Shown: in pieces, positions 39,340 through 53,075 of the stretch
How the letters are laid out: the number at the start of each line of letters is the position of its first letter
Position numbering within the stretch: the first letter of the stretch is position 1
Assembly (NCBI RefSeq): GCF_004010195.1
Contig: NC_057719.1
Span: 4,827,794-4,891,793, forward strand
Length of the DNA: 64,000 nucleotides
Reading direction: 5' to 3'
From: Chiloscyllium plagiosum
Taxonomy: Eukaryota
Position numbers and translations under genes: made by a program
Notes under the pieces: generated by a model
Told to the model about the DNA's origin: nothing
The model's database searches: none
Seen by the model: the letters and a program-made list of their open reading frames with translations, nothing else

Positions 39340-40930
39340 TGTCAAACCTCTAAGAATTTTACATGTTTCAATAAGGTCTGCTTGGTTTTTTTTCTAAACT
39401 CCAATGAGCACAAGCCCAGCCTGCTTAATCTCCCCTCGCAAGAGAATTCTTCCATATCCAGAATCAACCTAATGAACCTCCTGGACTGTTTCCAATGCCA
39501 GTATATCTTCCCTTGGATGAGGAGATCAAAACTGTTCACTGTATTCCAACTGTGGTCTAATTAGTGCCTTTTATGTTTTTGGCAAAACTTTCTTGCTTTT
39601 TTTATTCCCTTTTGAAATGAAGGCCAACAATCTATTTACTCTTCCTATTATCTGCTGAACTTGTATGCCAGCCTTTTGTGATTCATGGACATGAGTTCCC
39701 AAGTCCCTTTTGTGCTGCACTTTTCTATACTTGATCTCCATTTAAATAATATTCAGCTCTTCTGTTCTTCCTGCCAAAGTGCATATTCTCTCATCCATCT
39801 ACCAAGATTTTGTGCACTCACTTTTTAAATACTTCTGTACACTCCTTGTGCCATCCTCACTACTTTCCTTCTTATCTATTTTGTCCAATCTGTAAACGTG
39901 ATTACTTTCACTTCCAAGTCACCAATATATATTGTAAATTATTGTGATCTCACCACTGGTCCCTGTTACATTAGCTTAGCCTTTCCTGAAAATCCCTCCC
40001 ATATAATAACTCTGGCACCTTTTTGACTTCAATATGCAGTTGGACTAAAAATCGGGTTGGGAACAGGTCTCAAGAAAAGGAATTTGTGGAGTGTCTACTG
40101 AATTTTCTTTTTTGGAGTAGCTTGTGGTACAGCCCACTAGGGAACAGGCAGTTCTGAATTTGGTGCTGTGTAGTGAGGCAGAGTTAATTGGGGAGCTTAA
40201 GGTAAAGGAACCCTTAAGGGGCAGTGACCATATTTGATAGAGTCCACCCTGCAGTTTAAGAGGGAGATTGAATCAGATGTAATGGTATCGCAATTGAGTC
40301 GTGATGACTACAAAGACATGAGGGAAGAGCTGGTCAGAACTGATTGGAAAGGGAAACCAGCAGGGAAGATGGTGGCGCAGGCTCGGGGGTTACATCCTGA
40401 CTCTTGTTTCTATCTTCAATATTTCTATATAATACCCTAAACATCCTCGGCTAGCCTTGGTTAGTTTCTCGAATTCTTATTCCTCACTGGGATATATCTT
40501 TGCAGTGAGCCATGGACTGTTTCCCTCCGCATCTGTCATTGTTCTTCAACTGTCTTTGCGGCCAAACTCCTTTTTAAAATCCACTCTAACCCACTCAGTC
40601 CTTCTCCATAAATATGAGCAATCTAATAAGTTTAGAATAGTTGTTTCTGACCCAAGTTCCTCAATCCCAAACTGAATGTTAGAATCTACCATGTTATGGT
40701 CACTGTTCCCTATGGGATCTCTTACTGAAGTCATTTATTACACCTGCCTCACGACTGGATCAAAAATAGCCTGATCCCTGGATAGATCCGCAACATACTG
40801 TTCCAGGAAACTGTCTCAAATACACTGTATGAAATCTTCCTCCTGGCTACCTGTGCCAATTTGATTTTTCTGAATATACATGAAGATTGAAGTCACCCAT
40901 GATTAGTGTACTGCATTTTTTACACCCCTT
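39340..40930. mobile_element. Degenerate CR1 fragments in both orientations
   Basis: RLSRLGLCSLEFR (-), GSDH..LQF (+) and PIGNSDHNMV (-) motifs. Confidence 0.7.
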
Positions 40931-41039
40931 TTAATCATTTCATGATATGTTCTGTCTTTACAGAGAGGTTTTCTAAAACAGTGCAAGGCATTAATCAGAT
41001 CCTAGCTGGAGTACTGTTTTGAACAGGTATTGGAGACAG

Positions 41040-41945
41040 TTCAGGTATGGAGGGACTGTTTGAGGAGGGGTTGAGTAGATTGCGTTGAAGAATGAGAGCT
41101 GATCTTATTGAAACATTTGGGTTTCATGGGGGACTTGGCACAGCAGATGTGGAGAGGTTATTTTCCCTTATTGAAGAGGCTAGGGCCAGAAGGCATTATC
41201 TGAATATGGGACCATCCATTAATTCAGAGATGAGGAAGATCTCCTTTCTTAGAGGCTAATGAATCTGTGGAATGCTTTACCCCATGGGGCTGTGGAGACT
41301 GGGTCATTAAGTCATAGGGTGTGATGGTGGCTCAGTGGTTGCACAGCAGCCTCACAGCACCAGGGACCTGGGTTCAATTCCAGCCTCCGGCCACTGCCTT
41401 GTGTGGAGTTTGCACAATCTCCCCATGTCTGTGTGGGTTTCCTCCCACAGTCCAAAGATGCGTAGATCAGGTAAAGTGGCCTGCTAAATTGCCCAGAATG
41501 ATAGGTCCATCAGTCAGGGGTAAATATGGGACCATCCATTAATGCAGAGATGAGGAAGATCTCCTTTCTCAGAGGCTAATGAATCAGTGGAATGCTTTAC
41601 CCCATGGGGCTGTGGAGACTGGGTCATTAAGTCCACACAGAGGCGACTCTCTGTGTGGTTGCACAGCAGCCTCACAGCACCAGGGACCTGGGTTCAATTC
41701 CAGCTTGGAGAGTTGGTGTGGACTGGTTGGGCCGAATGGCCTATTTCCACATTGTAGGGATTCTTTTTTTAAAAAAAAAAGTATATTCAAGGCTGAGACA
41801 AACCCATTTTTTAATCAGGTAAGGGAAGCAAGAGTCATGGGGGGGGGGAAGCAGGAAAGTGCAGTTGGGGGTTATCAGATCAGCCATGATCTCATTGAAT
41901 AACAGCGAGGACTTAATGGGCTGAGTGGCCTACTTCTCCTCTGGC
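41040..41945 (+). mobile_element. CR1 3' fragment with V-SINE insertion and local duplication
   Basis: NLWNALP motif twice, SINE head twice, CR1 3' UTR at ~41880-41940. Confidence 0.75.
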
Positions 41946-42303
41946 TTTTGGTTTTGTTCTTCTTGCATCAGGTGGGGAGGGGTGCAGTCTGAGTTCATTT
42001 CCTGCCAAAAACATTGTGTGCTAATCACAAATTTTTAATAGGCTGTGAAATGACCCAGTGGTTAAAGGTTGAGACAGTGGTGGCAGAGAGCACTGTGCGT
42101 GCGTGCATGTGAGCATGCTTGGGCACTCAGCTACAGATTGTGCTGAGAGATAAAATAAACTGGATAAATCTCAAAGATTTCCCCGCAAAAGGGAACTACT
42201 TGGAAGGCTGGCCAGTGTTTTTTTTTTCAGTGATTTTCTTTTTGTAAAACTTTATTGCATTGGTTTATTGATTCAAATATTTTCTGATTGTTTCTTGATT
42301 TAG

Positions 42304-42412
42304 AGACCCAAGGCCAACTAATCAAAGAGTCAACAAACACGTCAACAATGATGTCAACTTGCGTGTTCAGAACCTTACCATATTAGTCAGACACATAAAG
42401 AATTACTACCAG
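42304..42412 (+). CDS. CCDC88C: CCDC88C coding exon 3
   Basis: T-rich acceptor ending gatttAG; the AT+A split codon gives (I)[36 protein letters not shown]; donor GTACGT; 109 nt; [18 protein letters not shown] is Daple-like. Confidence 0.93.
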
Positions 42413-44754
42413 GTACGTTACCTCCATTACTGCACCCAGTTCCTGCCTGCTGTGGTTTTGACTTTTCTCAGGGACCGCATTGCCAGATGTAAAAGATATT
42501 TCTGTTCTCTTTCATGCACCTTCCTCACCCCTCCACCACTTCCTCTGTGCTGAGTGAACTGTCTCAAATTCAGACTCTGAAAATGTCTTTGCTCTGCTTG
42601 TTTTGGTTTTAATTTTAAGGATTGAACAAGGTGATGACATCTAAAACAAACCTGTAAATTCATTGTCCAAACTGTGTACATGCTTGTCTTATTGGTTATG
42701 GTAGTTAAGTACCTTTTAATATTATGAGAGATGTTTATCAATAGGACAGATCTATATCCTTCCTCCTCTCCCAAGTCTTCTCAGGGGACAGTTTTCAAAG
42801 CAGCAGGTGACCCCTAGCATACCACGGACTGGTGATTTTAGGAGTAAGCATTCTGACTACTTCTAATCACGGGATCTGGTAAATCGCTACACTGTGACCA
42901 ACACTACAGCCAATCACAGGAGCATAGGTAAAAACAATGACTGCAGATGCTGGAAACCAGACTCTAGATTAGTGTGGTGCTGGAAAAGCACAGCAGTTCA
43001 GGCAGCATCCAAGGAGCAAGAAAATTGACGTTTTGGGCAAGGGACATAGTAAATCGCTACACTGACCAGCACTGAAAGTTGCTGGAAAAACGCAGCAGGT
43101 CAGGCATCATCCAAGGAGCAGGAGAATCGACGTTTCGGGCATGAGCCCTTCTTCAGGAATGAGGAGGGTGTGTCCAGCACCACAGCCAATTTCAGGGGTG
43201 CTGGTCAATCTCCACACCCGTGTCCAGCACCACAGCCAATCGCAGGAGTGATTCTAATCTCCCCATGTGCTTCCTGTTGGTAAACTGACTTTTCGGATCT
43301 CAGCCCAAATTAGCTGAGCCCCTGAAACCTGAGAGCAACAGAATCTGTTGGTCAAAAAATTTTATGTCCTGGCTAATAATTATCCTTCAACTAAAAACAG
43401 ATTATCTGATCATTACTCCTTCAAGCAGCAACACAGTGTGCCAAGTGCTTGCTGTGTTTTGTAAATGAGGATGTAGACCAAAGGAAGCCCCAGGGCTGTT
43501 TGTGAACAAATCTCTGAAGTGGGCAGTTCTGGTTAATAAAGCACATGGGATTCTGGGTGTTTAGAGAGATAGATGACAAAAGCCAGGAAGTTAAACATTT
43601 TATAAAACATGTGTTTACCCCCAGCTGGAGTACAGAAAGGCGCAGAGTCTTTTGGAAAGGGTTCAGAAAAGAGTTTGTCAAATAGATGCAGGGAATGAGG
43701 GATTAAAGTTTCTTGCATAAAATGACAAAGCTGGGATTTTGATCCCCTGAGAGGAGGGAGCTGAAAGTACCCTTTAACAGCAGTGTTTTTCTAGCCAGAC
43801 CCTTCTCAAATTTAAGGGAAATTTATCCATTGGCTGAAGAGTTGATGCAGGGGGTTACAGATTAACGGTGATCCTCAAAATGAGCCGGGGCGACGTGTGG
43901 AAACTTTGATGCAATGAATGTATTGAGTTTGAATGTCCAGTCTGAGGTGGTGGGGAGTGTTTTAAAAGAGAATTGTTTAAATTGGAGAAAAGACTTGCAG
44001 GAATTTTGGGCAAGAGCTGTTGAAGGCTAACTGGATTGCTATTGGTTCCTTAAAAGTTCTACACTCTTCTATGATCGAACAGTGGCCACACTTGTAAAAT
44101 GATGCAATTGCTCAGGGATGCCCTGAGGTAGTGGAAGGCACTAAATAAATGTGCATTCTTCTGTGGAGGGTGCGTTTTTAGCGAGTGCAGTGGGTGATAG
44201 CTTCCTGGGGAGAAATCCTGCTTCTGGCATGATATAAGAGTTAGAAACGAATAACAAAGATCAATTCGATCTCACAAAGCTTCAGTGTTGGTGATAACTG
44301 TATGTGGTAGGCAGCTTCAATGGCTGATTTGCATTCTGGAAGTCTATAATGGGACTGTTATTTTGATTACAACACTGTTGTCTGGAGGAAGTTTCAGCAT
44401 CTGATTTGTTAGCCACTGTGTTTATAGTCTGGCACAGTTCCTCCTTGCTGCATCCAGCTGTACGCAGATAAACGGCGGGGGTAGTAACAGCCTTAGCCCA
44501 TGCAGGCTTGTTCAGTTTACATCCGAATAAATGAGGTTAAGAAAGACAAGGAGCCTTGAGATGCTCATTCTCTCTCTGTGAAAATACCATTAGTTGCAAA
44601 AACACCGATTTATTGATCTTACATTTTTGCTGGCTTTAACTGAGAGTTTTGCACTACTTGCAATCACTGTTGGTGAATTTGCTCTCTAACTTCTAATGCA
44701 TCTTACTTCAAATATGGTGGCTAACAATTTGCTGTGAATTTGTTGCAGGCAACT

Positions 44755-45125
44755 GATCAGTGCTGGGTCGTCTACTTTTTGTAATTTACATAAATGATTT
44801 GGATGCAACATAAGAGGTACAGCTAGTTTGCAGATAACACCAAAATTGGAGGTTTAGGGTGAGAGGGGAAAGATATAAAAGAGACCTACGGGGCAACGTT
44901 TTCATGCAGAGGATGGTACGTGTATGGAATGAGCTGCCGGAGGAAGTGGTGGAGGCTGGTACAATTACAACATCTTAAGAGACATTTGGATGGGTATATG
45001 AGTAGGAAGGGTTTGGAGGGATATGGGCCAGGTGCTGGCAGGTGGGACTAGATGGGTTGTGATATCGGCATGGACGGGTTGGACCGAAGGGTCTGTTTCC
45101 ATGCTGTACATCTCTATGACTCTAC
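44755..45125 (+). mobile_element. CR1 LINE 3' fragment with internal deletion
   Basis: VLG..F.IYINDLD, FADNTK and WNELPEEVV motifs; CTCTATGA tail. Confidence 0.8.
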
Positions 45126-45629
45126 TGATGAAGATCCATTCCTCACTCTTTTTCCATTCTGCGCACACAAAGGAAATTGTCCCCTTCTTTCCACCCCACC
45201 CCTCTCCCATCACCCACTGACTGCACTCTGGTAATGTTTGATATGTTAGATCGGGCACTGGAGTGGGCATAAATTGGATGGAGAGTTTACTTACTGTTTT
45301 TGCTCATGGTCAAATAATCAGACCAAAGCTGTAAGCATAAAGCTAACGTTCCCTTGCACCTTGAAGAAATTTCGAGGGTCAGAGGCAGCTCCTGTGAAAT
45401 TCTTTGTGCTGAGCTCTGTTCCAATTTATTCTAGACTGAAGAGAGAGATTCAGACCTAATTAGAATCATATTGGCTCATGCATTTGAAAAAAATCAGGGA
45501 GTTGTTTTGGGGGTGGAACTGGACAGCTTTCAAAGGGCTACCCCTTTTATTGTTCCCACATTTACATTTTAAAGTATTTTTTTGGTCTTCCGGTCCACAA
45601 CCTTGCTGAGCTACAGAATCAGAGATTGG

Positions 45630-46050
45630 AGTTATAGAGTCATACAGCACAGAAAGAGACCCTTCGCACAAACCAGTCCATGCCAAACATAATCCCAAAC
45701 TAAACTTGTCCCACCTGCCTGCACCTGGCCTATATCCTTCCAAACCTTTCTTATTAACGTACTTATCCAAATGTCTTTTAAATGTTGTAACTGTGTTCAC
45801 CACTTCCTCTGGAAATTCACTCCATACACTAACCATTCTGTGTTTAAAACAAAATTGCCCCTCATGTCTTTTTTTAAAATCTTTCTCCTCTCTCCTTTTA
45901 AACATATGCCCCCTAATCTTGAAATCCACCACCCAAGGGAAAAAAACACTTGCCATTCACCTTATTTATGCCCCTCATTATTTTGTAAACCTCTAAGGTC
46001 ACCTTAAATCTCCAGTGGAAACAAAGCCCCAGCCTATCTGGCCTCTCCTC
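45630..46050 (-). mobile_element. CR1 LINE 3' fragment
   Basis: IRGHMFK..VWSEFPEEVV..FKRHLDKY. Confidence 0.85.
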
Positions 46051-46754
46051 CGAACTTATTACGCCACAGAAGGCGGTCATTCGGCTAGACTGGTTCTACC
46101 ACTCGGTGCCAACCTCCTGCCTTTTCCCCATATCTCTGCACACCATTTCTACAAAATAACCATCCTGTGCCCTCCAAATCAGTATCTTAGTAGGTTATGT
46201 ATGCAGTATGGACAGGACCTCAAGCCAGAACTGCTCAGAAAATGGAGTTCTCCTTTTTTTTTTGTACATCTGCATACCTGTATAAGCAGGAAGAGTGTAA
46301 TCTGAAGAGCTGATAGCATCCTGGGACACTGCAGAAAATCTGCCAATGGGCGTGTGAAAACAGAAGAGCTCACTCTATGCTTCTATGATTTGATATCACA
46401 ACGGGCAGCAGCCCACAAGATTCAAGACTTGGTGTACTTTTAATAGTACAGACTAGATGCACTGAAGGGCTTTTTCTGTACTGTATGATTCCATGGCTTA
46501 ACAAATTCAGTTACAGTTTGTGATAGTGAGAATTGAATTCTTGGTTGCTAGTTCAGTGGACTAACCAGACACTATCATCAGTTTCCATAAGGGCAGCAAA
46601 CTCCACTATTTCAGACTTTGGTTAACATTATCCTGTTGCATTATATAGGACTTGAAATGTTGTGAACATACAGTAATGCATGAGGTGCAGACAGTTGGCA
46701 CCAGATGGATCCACACTTGCATATTGTTTTTCTTCAAGTGCTTACCCAATTTCG

Positions 46755-47069
46755 TGGCACAGTGGTTAGCACTGCTGCCTCACAGCGCCAGAGACCCGGG
46801 TTCAATTCCTGCCTCAGGCGACTGACTGACTGTGTGGAGTTTGCACGTTCTCCCCGTGTCTGCGTGGGTTTCCTCCGGGTGCTCTGGTTTCCTCCCACAG
46901 TCCAAAGATGTGCAGGTCAGGTGAATTGGCTATACTAAATTGCCCGTAGTGTTAGGTAAGGGGTAAATGTAGGGGTACGGACGGGTTGTGCTTTGGCGGG
47001 TCGGTGTGGACGTGTTGGGCCGAAGAGCCTGTTTCCACTCTGTAATGTAATGTAATCTAATCTAATCTA
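46755..47069 (+). mobile_element. V-SINE (HE1-like), near full length
   Basis: Head, V-domain, GGGCCGAAGAGCCTGTTTCC tail and (TAATG/TAATC)n end. Confidence 0.88.
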
Positions 47070-47789
47070 CAGAAAGCCACGATTGAATGTGCTTTGACCA
47101 CCCTCCTGAACATTGTATTTCCACCCTAACCATTTACCATTCACTCCTCCATTTTCAGGGTCAGTGAGATTGTGCAAACCTGCACAAAACAATTGTATTG
47201 CTGCCTCGTGGGTCCGATGGAATCAGTTGTACATAAAACACAATCGACTCACGCTATCTCTGTAGTCCGTCCTTAATCTTTCCAAAAGCTTGTGTGCCAG
47301 CAGAATTGGTGCCTGATCCTGTATTGAATGGGGAGGATTAGTGTGAATGGTGAAGGTATCAGGCTGCATTGCCTCATGCTTAAAGAACACAAATTGTCTG
47401 GGATGAAACTGCATTTAGCATTGCAAAGTACTTACCTCTCCAGATTGTTATCAAATTGCTCTGACATCAGAAGATTGGCACGGGGAGTGTAGTAGTGCAG
47501 TGGTAGTGCCCCTGCAGTTGGGCTAGTAATTCCTGGTTCGAGTCCCACCTGTGTGTGACAATGTCTCTGAACAGATTGATTGATTGGTTGATTGATTGGA
47601 AAATTTAATAAAAGATCAGAGGTTGGCAGTGCTTGTGATTTTAATACAATATTGATTAACAGTAATTGCTTTCTCCTCTTCACGGTTTGAAGAGCATTCT
47701 TCATGTCACAAGTCTGTTTGAACAGAGTGAACTGATTCCGAAGGTCATGGGTTCAAGTCCTACCCTAGAGAAATGAGGAAAAAAAACTG

Positions 47790-48700
47790 AGATTGATCCG
47801 TAAGTTTGAAGACACCCACAAAAATTAGTGGGGTGGTAATAAGAGAATAGCCTTTGCCTACAAGAAGATATAGATAGGCCGATCAGTGGCAAATTGAATT
47901 CAATTTGGGTAAATGTGAGGTGATATTGTTGGGTGGAACAGACAAGGCAAGGGAATACATGGTGAACAGTCTGTCTGTGGGAAGCATTGAGGATCAGAGG
48001 GACCATAGTGTGCATGTCTAGTGGTCGCTTAGTGTCGGATCAGATGGATAAAGTGGTTAGGAAGGCATGTAGGATACTTTTTATTAATCAAAGCATAGAG
48101 TTTAGAGCGGGGAAGTAATGCAGGAACTATATAAAACTTTGGTGAAGCCACAGCTAGAGTATTGTGTGCAGTTCTGGAATCCCCATTGTAGGAGGGAAGG
48201 GATAACACTGGAGAGGGTGCGGAGGAGATTGGCCAGGATGCTGCCTGGCCTGGAGAGTTTCAGTTATGAAGAGATTGGACAGAGTGGGGTGTTTTCCTTA
48301 GGGTGGAGTAGACTTGGGGTGGGAGGCGATTGAGATGCATAACATTGAGAGACATAGAATAGACAGGAAGAAACTTTCCTTTTTCAAGGGATCAGTGACC
48401 AGGGACATTGATTTATGGTCAGGGGTAGGAGGTTTAGAAGAGATGTGAGGAAAAACTTCACCCTGAAGATGGCAGGTGTATGGAACTCACTGTCTGGAAG
48501 GGTGGCAAAGGTAAACACAACATTGAAGTATTTAGATGTACATTTGTGATGCCTAGACATACAAGGCTATGGGTCAAGATTAGAGTGGTGCTGGAAAAGC
48601 ACAGGAGGTCAGGCAGCTTCAGAGGAGCAGGAAAATCGATGTTTCGGGCAAAAGCCCTTCATCAGGCTATGGGCCAAGTGCTGGAAAAAGGGATGAGATA
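47790..48700 (+). mobile_element. CR1 3' fragment with a nested Penelope-type end (48574-48663)
   Basis: [20 protein letters not shown]; nested insert flanked by TSD AGGCTATGGG (48564-48573, 48664-48673). Confidence 0.8.
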
Positions 48701-49072
48701 GTAGGGGCCTTTTTCTGTGCTGCAGATCTCTGACTGACTGAGATTCGGAGATTGATAGGAAGCACAAGTATGCTGTGTTATTGGACGGTGATGTCCTTCA
48801 GGTGTGACGTTAAAGCCCCATTTCAGCCGGATATGGAAAAACTCCATGGCACCCTCTTTTTAAAGAGGAGTACCCAAGCTCTTTCTCGTGCCCTGGATCA
48901 TGTCGCTATTAGATTAACATTTAATTTCAGATTTTTGAATTCAAATACCACATCTGCCATGGTGGAACTCTAACCTGTGTCCCCATATTATTGAGATTCT
49001 AGATTGCTCGTTTTGTGACATTACCATTGTGCCAACACCTTTCCCTTTGCTCATTGTTTTGCATCAATTACA

Positions 49073-49430
49073 GGGAGGCAATGGCCTAGTGATTTAACAC
49101 TGGATTGTTACTCCAGAGACCAAGGTAATGTTCTGGGGGCTGGGTTTGAATATTGCCATAGCAGAGTGGTGATTAGCTGGCTTGAATTCAATACAAATCT
49201 GGAGGTAAGATCTAATGATGACCACAAATGCATTGTCGCTTGTTTGGAATAACCTATCTGGTTTACTAAGGTCCTTTAGGGAAAGAAACTCCCCTTACTG
49301 CTGGTCTGGCCTACACGTGACTCTTGACCCACAGTGATGTGATTTGACTCTTAACTGTCCTCTAGGCAATTTATAGATGGGTAATTAATGCTGGCCTAAC
49401 AGTGGTGCCCTCATCCTGTGAATGAATAAA
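49073..49430 (+). mobile_element. tRNA-derived SINE, second family
   Basis: A-box-like TGGCCTAGTG and B-box-like GGTTTGAAT, core GGTCTGGCCTACACGTGACTC, LINE-like tail. Confidence 0.7.
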
Positions 49431-50379
49431 ATAAAATCCCTCCAATTAGGTTTCTGGCCTTCCCACAACACCAAGATGGCCCTCAGTGTCAATAGCCATG
49501 TCATGTGACTGCACTAAGTTAACCACCTTGACCCATCTGCAGCTTTCAGGAAGGTTGGCAAAATCCTTGTCTTCCAACGCCTCGCCCCCATTGTCCAACT
49601 GAGTGTGGTGCACACACCCAGTTCAATTCTTATCCATCCAGTTGTGGCCAGCTAATCACCTGCAATGGTTTCTCTTCCCGGCCCTGCACCATTTCCCTTG
49701 GAGTTCCCACGTAGTGATCCTTGCCACCTACTGCTGCTGCCGGATGCGCTGAGTTTTTCAAAGGGTTTTTTTTTCCCCTGTGTTCTAGCGACTATTTTGA
49801 AACTCCTAAATTAGCCGAAATATCTTTTGGGATGTTATTAGAACACTTTTTTTTTTCAGATTCTTACAAGTAAACTCCCTTTCCCTATGCTCTTTCTGTA
49901 ACTGCAGAAAGGTTGCCAAACATCCTGCTTTTCTCAACTCCAATTCTAGGAGCAGTGGGAACTGAATCAGTGAATTCACATTCTGTTCTAAAAGGAGAAG
50001 GCAAAACCAAGAACTGGCTAAGGCTCAGACTTCCCCTAGATCGCTCTATGCAGTAGTACCCCTTTCTAAACAGGGCTAAAATTGTGTCTGAGTCTGTACA
50101 ATATTTTATTTTCATATGGATCTCTGTCCCCTTTCTCCTGCCTTTTCCACCACCACCTCCCTCACGCATTCACTTCCTTTCTCTTGGTGGTATAGGACAT
50201 CAACATTGCCCAAAAAAAAGACCCAACTTTGAAGATTTGGCTCTTGCACTCATCAGAACTGAAACGCAAGAAAAATAACTTTAGAAAGTTGGACAGTTAG
50301 ACTGAAGGAGGCAAACTCGAGCACTGTCTAAAGCTTACACTTCATGCATATTACCATATTTGATATTAATTATTGATTT

Positions 50380-50660
50380 TGATTAGATTCCCTACAGTGT
50401 GGAAACAGACCCTTCAGCCCAACAAGTCCACACTGACCCTCCGAAGTGTAACCCACCCAGACCCACTTCCCCTCTAACTAATGCACCTAACACTTTGGGC
50501 GATTTAGCATGGCCAATTCAACCCTGACCTGCACATCTTTGGACGCAGACACAGGAGAATGGGCAAACTCCACACAGACAGTTGCCAGAGGCTGGAATCA
50601 AATCTGGGTCCCTGGTGCTGTGAGGCAGCAGTGCTAACCACTGAGCCACTGTGCTGCCCC
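50380..50660 (-). mobile_element. V-SINE (HE1-like)
   Basis: Reverse-complement head GGCAGCAGTGCTAACCACTGAGCCAC and tail; internal deletion. Confidence 0.85.
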
Positions 50661-52005
50661 ATTTACAAGGCTCTAACTAATCTTTACTTGAAGTAACAAC
50701 TCATCTGTCTTCATGTGCTCATGTCTCTACGCTCATAAGATTCCCTAAAGTTGTAAACTAGTGTAGTTTTCTTGTACTGAAAATGTGTTGCTGGAAAAGT
50801 GCAGCAGGTCAGGCAGCATCCAAGGAGCAGGAGAATCGACGTCTCGGGCATAACCCCTTCAGGAAGTTTTCTTGTAGTCTGCTTTAGCTCCACCCAGACT
50901 ATCCTATTTATGCTCAGTGATGTGCAGCTCTGAGACATTATCATTAGCTTAATCCAGGGTTCTGAAAGTCTGTACAACATGAGGAGGTTGGCATGGGGAT
51001 ACCATAGAAACTGTTAAGTGTCTCAGTTAACTGGCTGACTAAATTCAAACCAGGTTGATTGACTTTGCTCAGCTGTAACAGAACAACAAGTGACCTGTGT
51101 GTGGTCAGATTGCAATAAAGGGACAGGGTCCTGTGTGTGAATAAATATAGCTTTGCTCTCTATCGCCTCCCAATACTATGATGGAAAAAGACCCTGTACT
51201 TTCCTAATTCTCAAGTATGGTTCCAGAAGATGTTTAGTGAATTACAGAATCAATTGTTTTATTATTTTCCCTGAACTATAGGAACAGTGTATGGTATATG
51301 CTCTCTTTTTTTTTACACTCAAATTGTAAGAAGCTTAAATTACAAAAATAATATGGATGACCGCATTATAGACCACTGAGTATGCAGCTATGGTCTGGTT
51401 TGTTCCCAAGGGCTTTGTGGGGAAGTTACTGCAATGACAGGGAAGCAATTAAAGCTGATGGATTCTGTACACCTGGATATTGTGTAAAGAGTGTTCAGGC
51501 CCTATCTGAAATTACTTGTACAAAGTTTGTGTGAAGATTTGTAGCTCGGGTGCTCGTTGTTGTGGTTCTGTTCGCCGAGCTGGAAGTTTTTGTTGCAAAC
51601 GTTTCGTCCCCTGGCTAGGCGACATCATCAGAGCTTGGGAGCCTCCTGCAAAGCGCTTCTTTGATGTTTCCTCCGGTGTTTATAGTGGTCTGTCCCTGCC
51701 GCTTCCGGTTGTCAGTTTCAGCTGTCCGCTGTAGTGGTTGGTACATTGGGTCCAGGTCGATGTGTTTGTTGATGGAGTTTGTGGATGAATGCCATGCCTC
51801 TAGGAATTCCCAGACAGAGAACAGCCAGGGAATTCCTAGAGGCATGGCATTCATCCACAAACTCCATCAACAAACACATCGACCTGAACCCAATATACCA
51901 ACCACTACAGCGAACAGCTGAAACTGACAACCGGAAGCGGCAGGGACAAACCACTATAAACACCGGAGGAAACATCAAAGAAGCGCTTCGCACGAGGCTC
52001 CCAAG

Positions 52006-52813
52006 NNNNNNNNNNNNNNNNNNNNNNNNNNNNNNNNNNNNNNNNNNNNNNNNNNNNNNNNNNNNNNNNNNNNNNNNNNNNNNNNNNNNNNNNNNNNNNN
52101 NNNNNNNNNNNNNNNNNNNNNNNNNNNNNNNNNNNNNNNNNNNNNNNNNNNNNNNNNNNNNNNNNNNNNNNNNNNNNNNNNNNNNNNNNNNNNNNNNNNN
52201 NNNNNNNNNNNNNNNNNNNNNNNNNNNNNNNNNNNNNNNNNNNNNNNNNNNNNNNNNNNNNNNNNNNNNNNNNNNNNNNNNNNNNNNNNNNNNNNNNNNN
52301 NNNNNNNNNNNNNNNNNNNNNNNNNNNNNNNNNNNNNNNNNNNNNNNNNNNNNNNNNNNNNNNNNNNNNNNNNNNNNNNNNNNNNNNNNNNNNNNNNNNN
52401 NNNNNNNNNNNNNNNNNNNNNNNNNNNNNNNNNNNNNNNNNNNNNNNNNNNNNNNNNNNNNNNNNNNNNNNNNNNNNNNNNNNNNNNNNNNNNNNNNNNN
52501 NNNNNNNNNNNNNNNNNNNNNNNNNNNNNNNNNNNNNNNNNNNNNNNNNNNNNNNNNNNNNNNNNNNNNNNNNNNNNNNNNNNNNNNNNNNNNNNNNNNN
52601 NNNNNNNNNNNNNNNNNNNNNNNNNNNNNNNNNNNNNNNNNNNNNNNNNNNNNNNNNNNNNNNNNNNNNNNNNNNNNNNNNNNNNNNNNNNNNNNNNNNN
52701 NNNNNNNNNNNNNNNNNNNNNNNNNNNNNNNNNNNNNNNNNNNNNNNNNNNNNNNNNNNNNNNNNNNNNNNNNNNNNNNNNNNNNNNNNNNNNNNNNNNN
52801 NNNNNNNNNNNNN
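52006..52813. other. Assembly gap (N run)
   Basis: N characters. Confidence 1.
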
Positions 52814-53075
52814 GTAGCCACACACGCAGATAACAAGCAACATGAATTCGACTGGGACAACACTACTATCATAGGGCAAGCCAGACAGAGAACAGCCAGG
52901 GAATTCCTAGAGGCATGGCATTCATCCACAAACTCCATCAACAAATACATCGACCTGGACCCAATATACCAACCACTACAGCGGACAGCTGAAACTGACA
53001 ACCGGAAGCGGCAGGGACAGACCACTATAAACACCGGAGGAAACATCAAAGAAGCGCTTTGCAGGAGGCTCCCAA

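Noticed and set aside
46755..46830. tRNA genes at SINE heads
   Set aside because: A/B-box-like heads continue into SINE bodies and do not form a full cloverleaf
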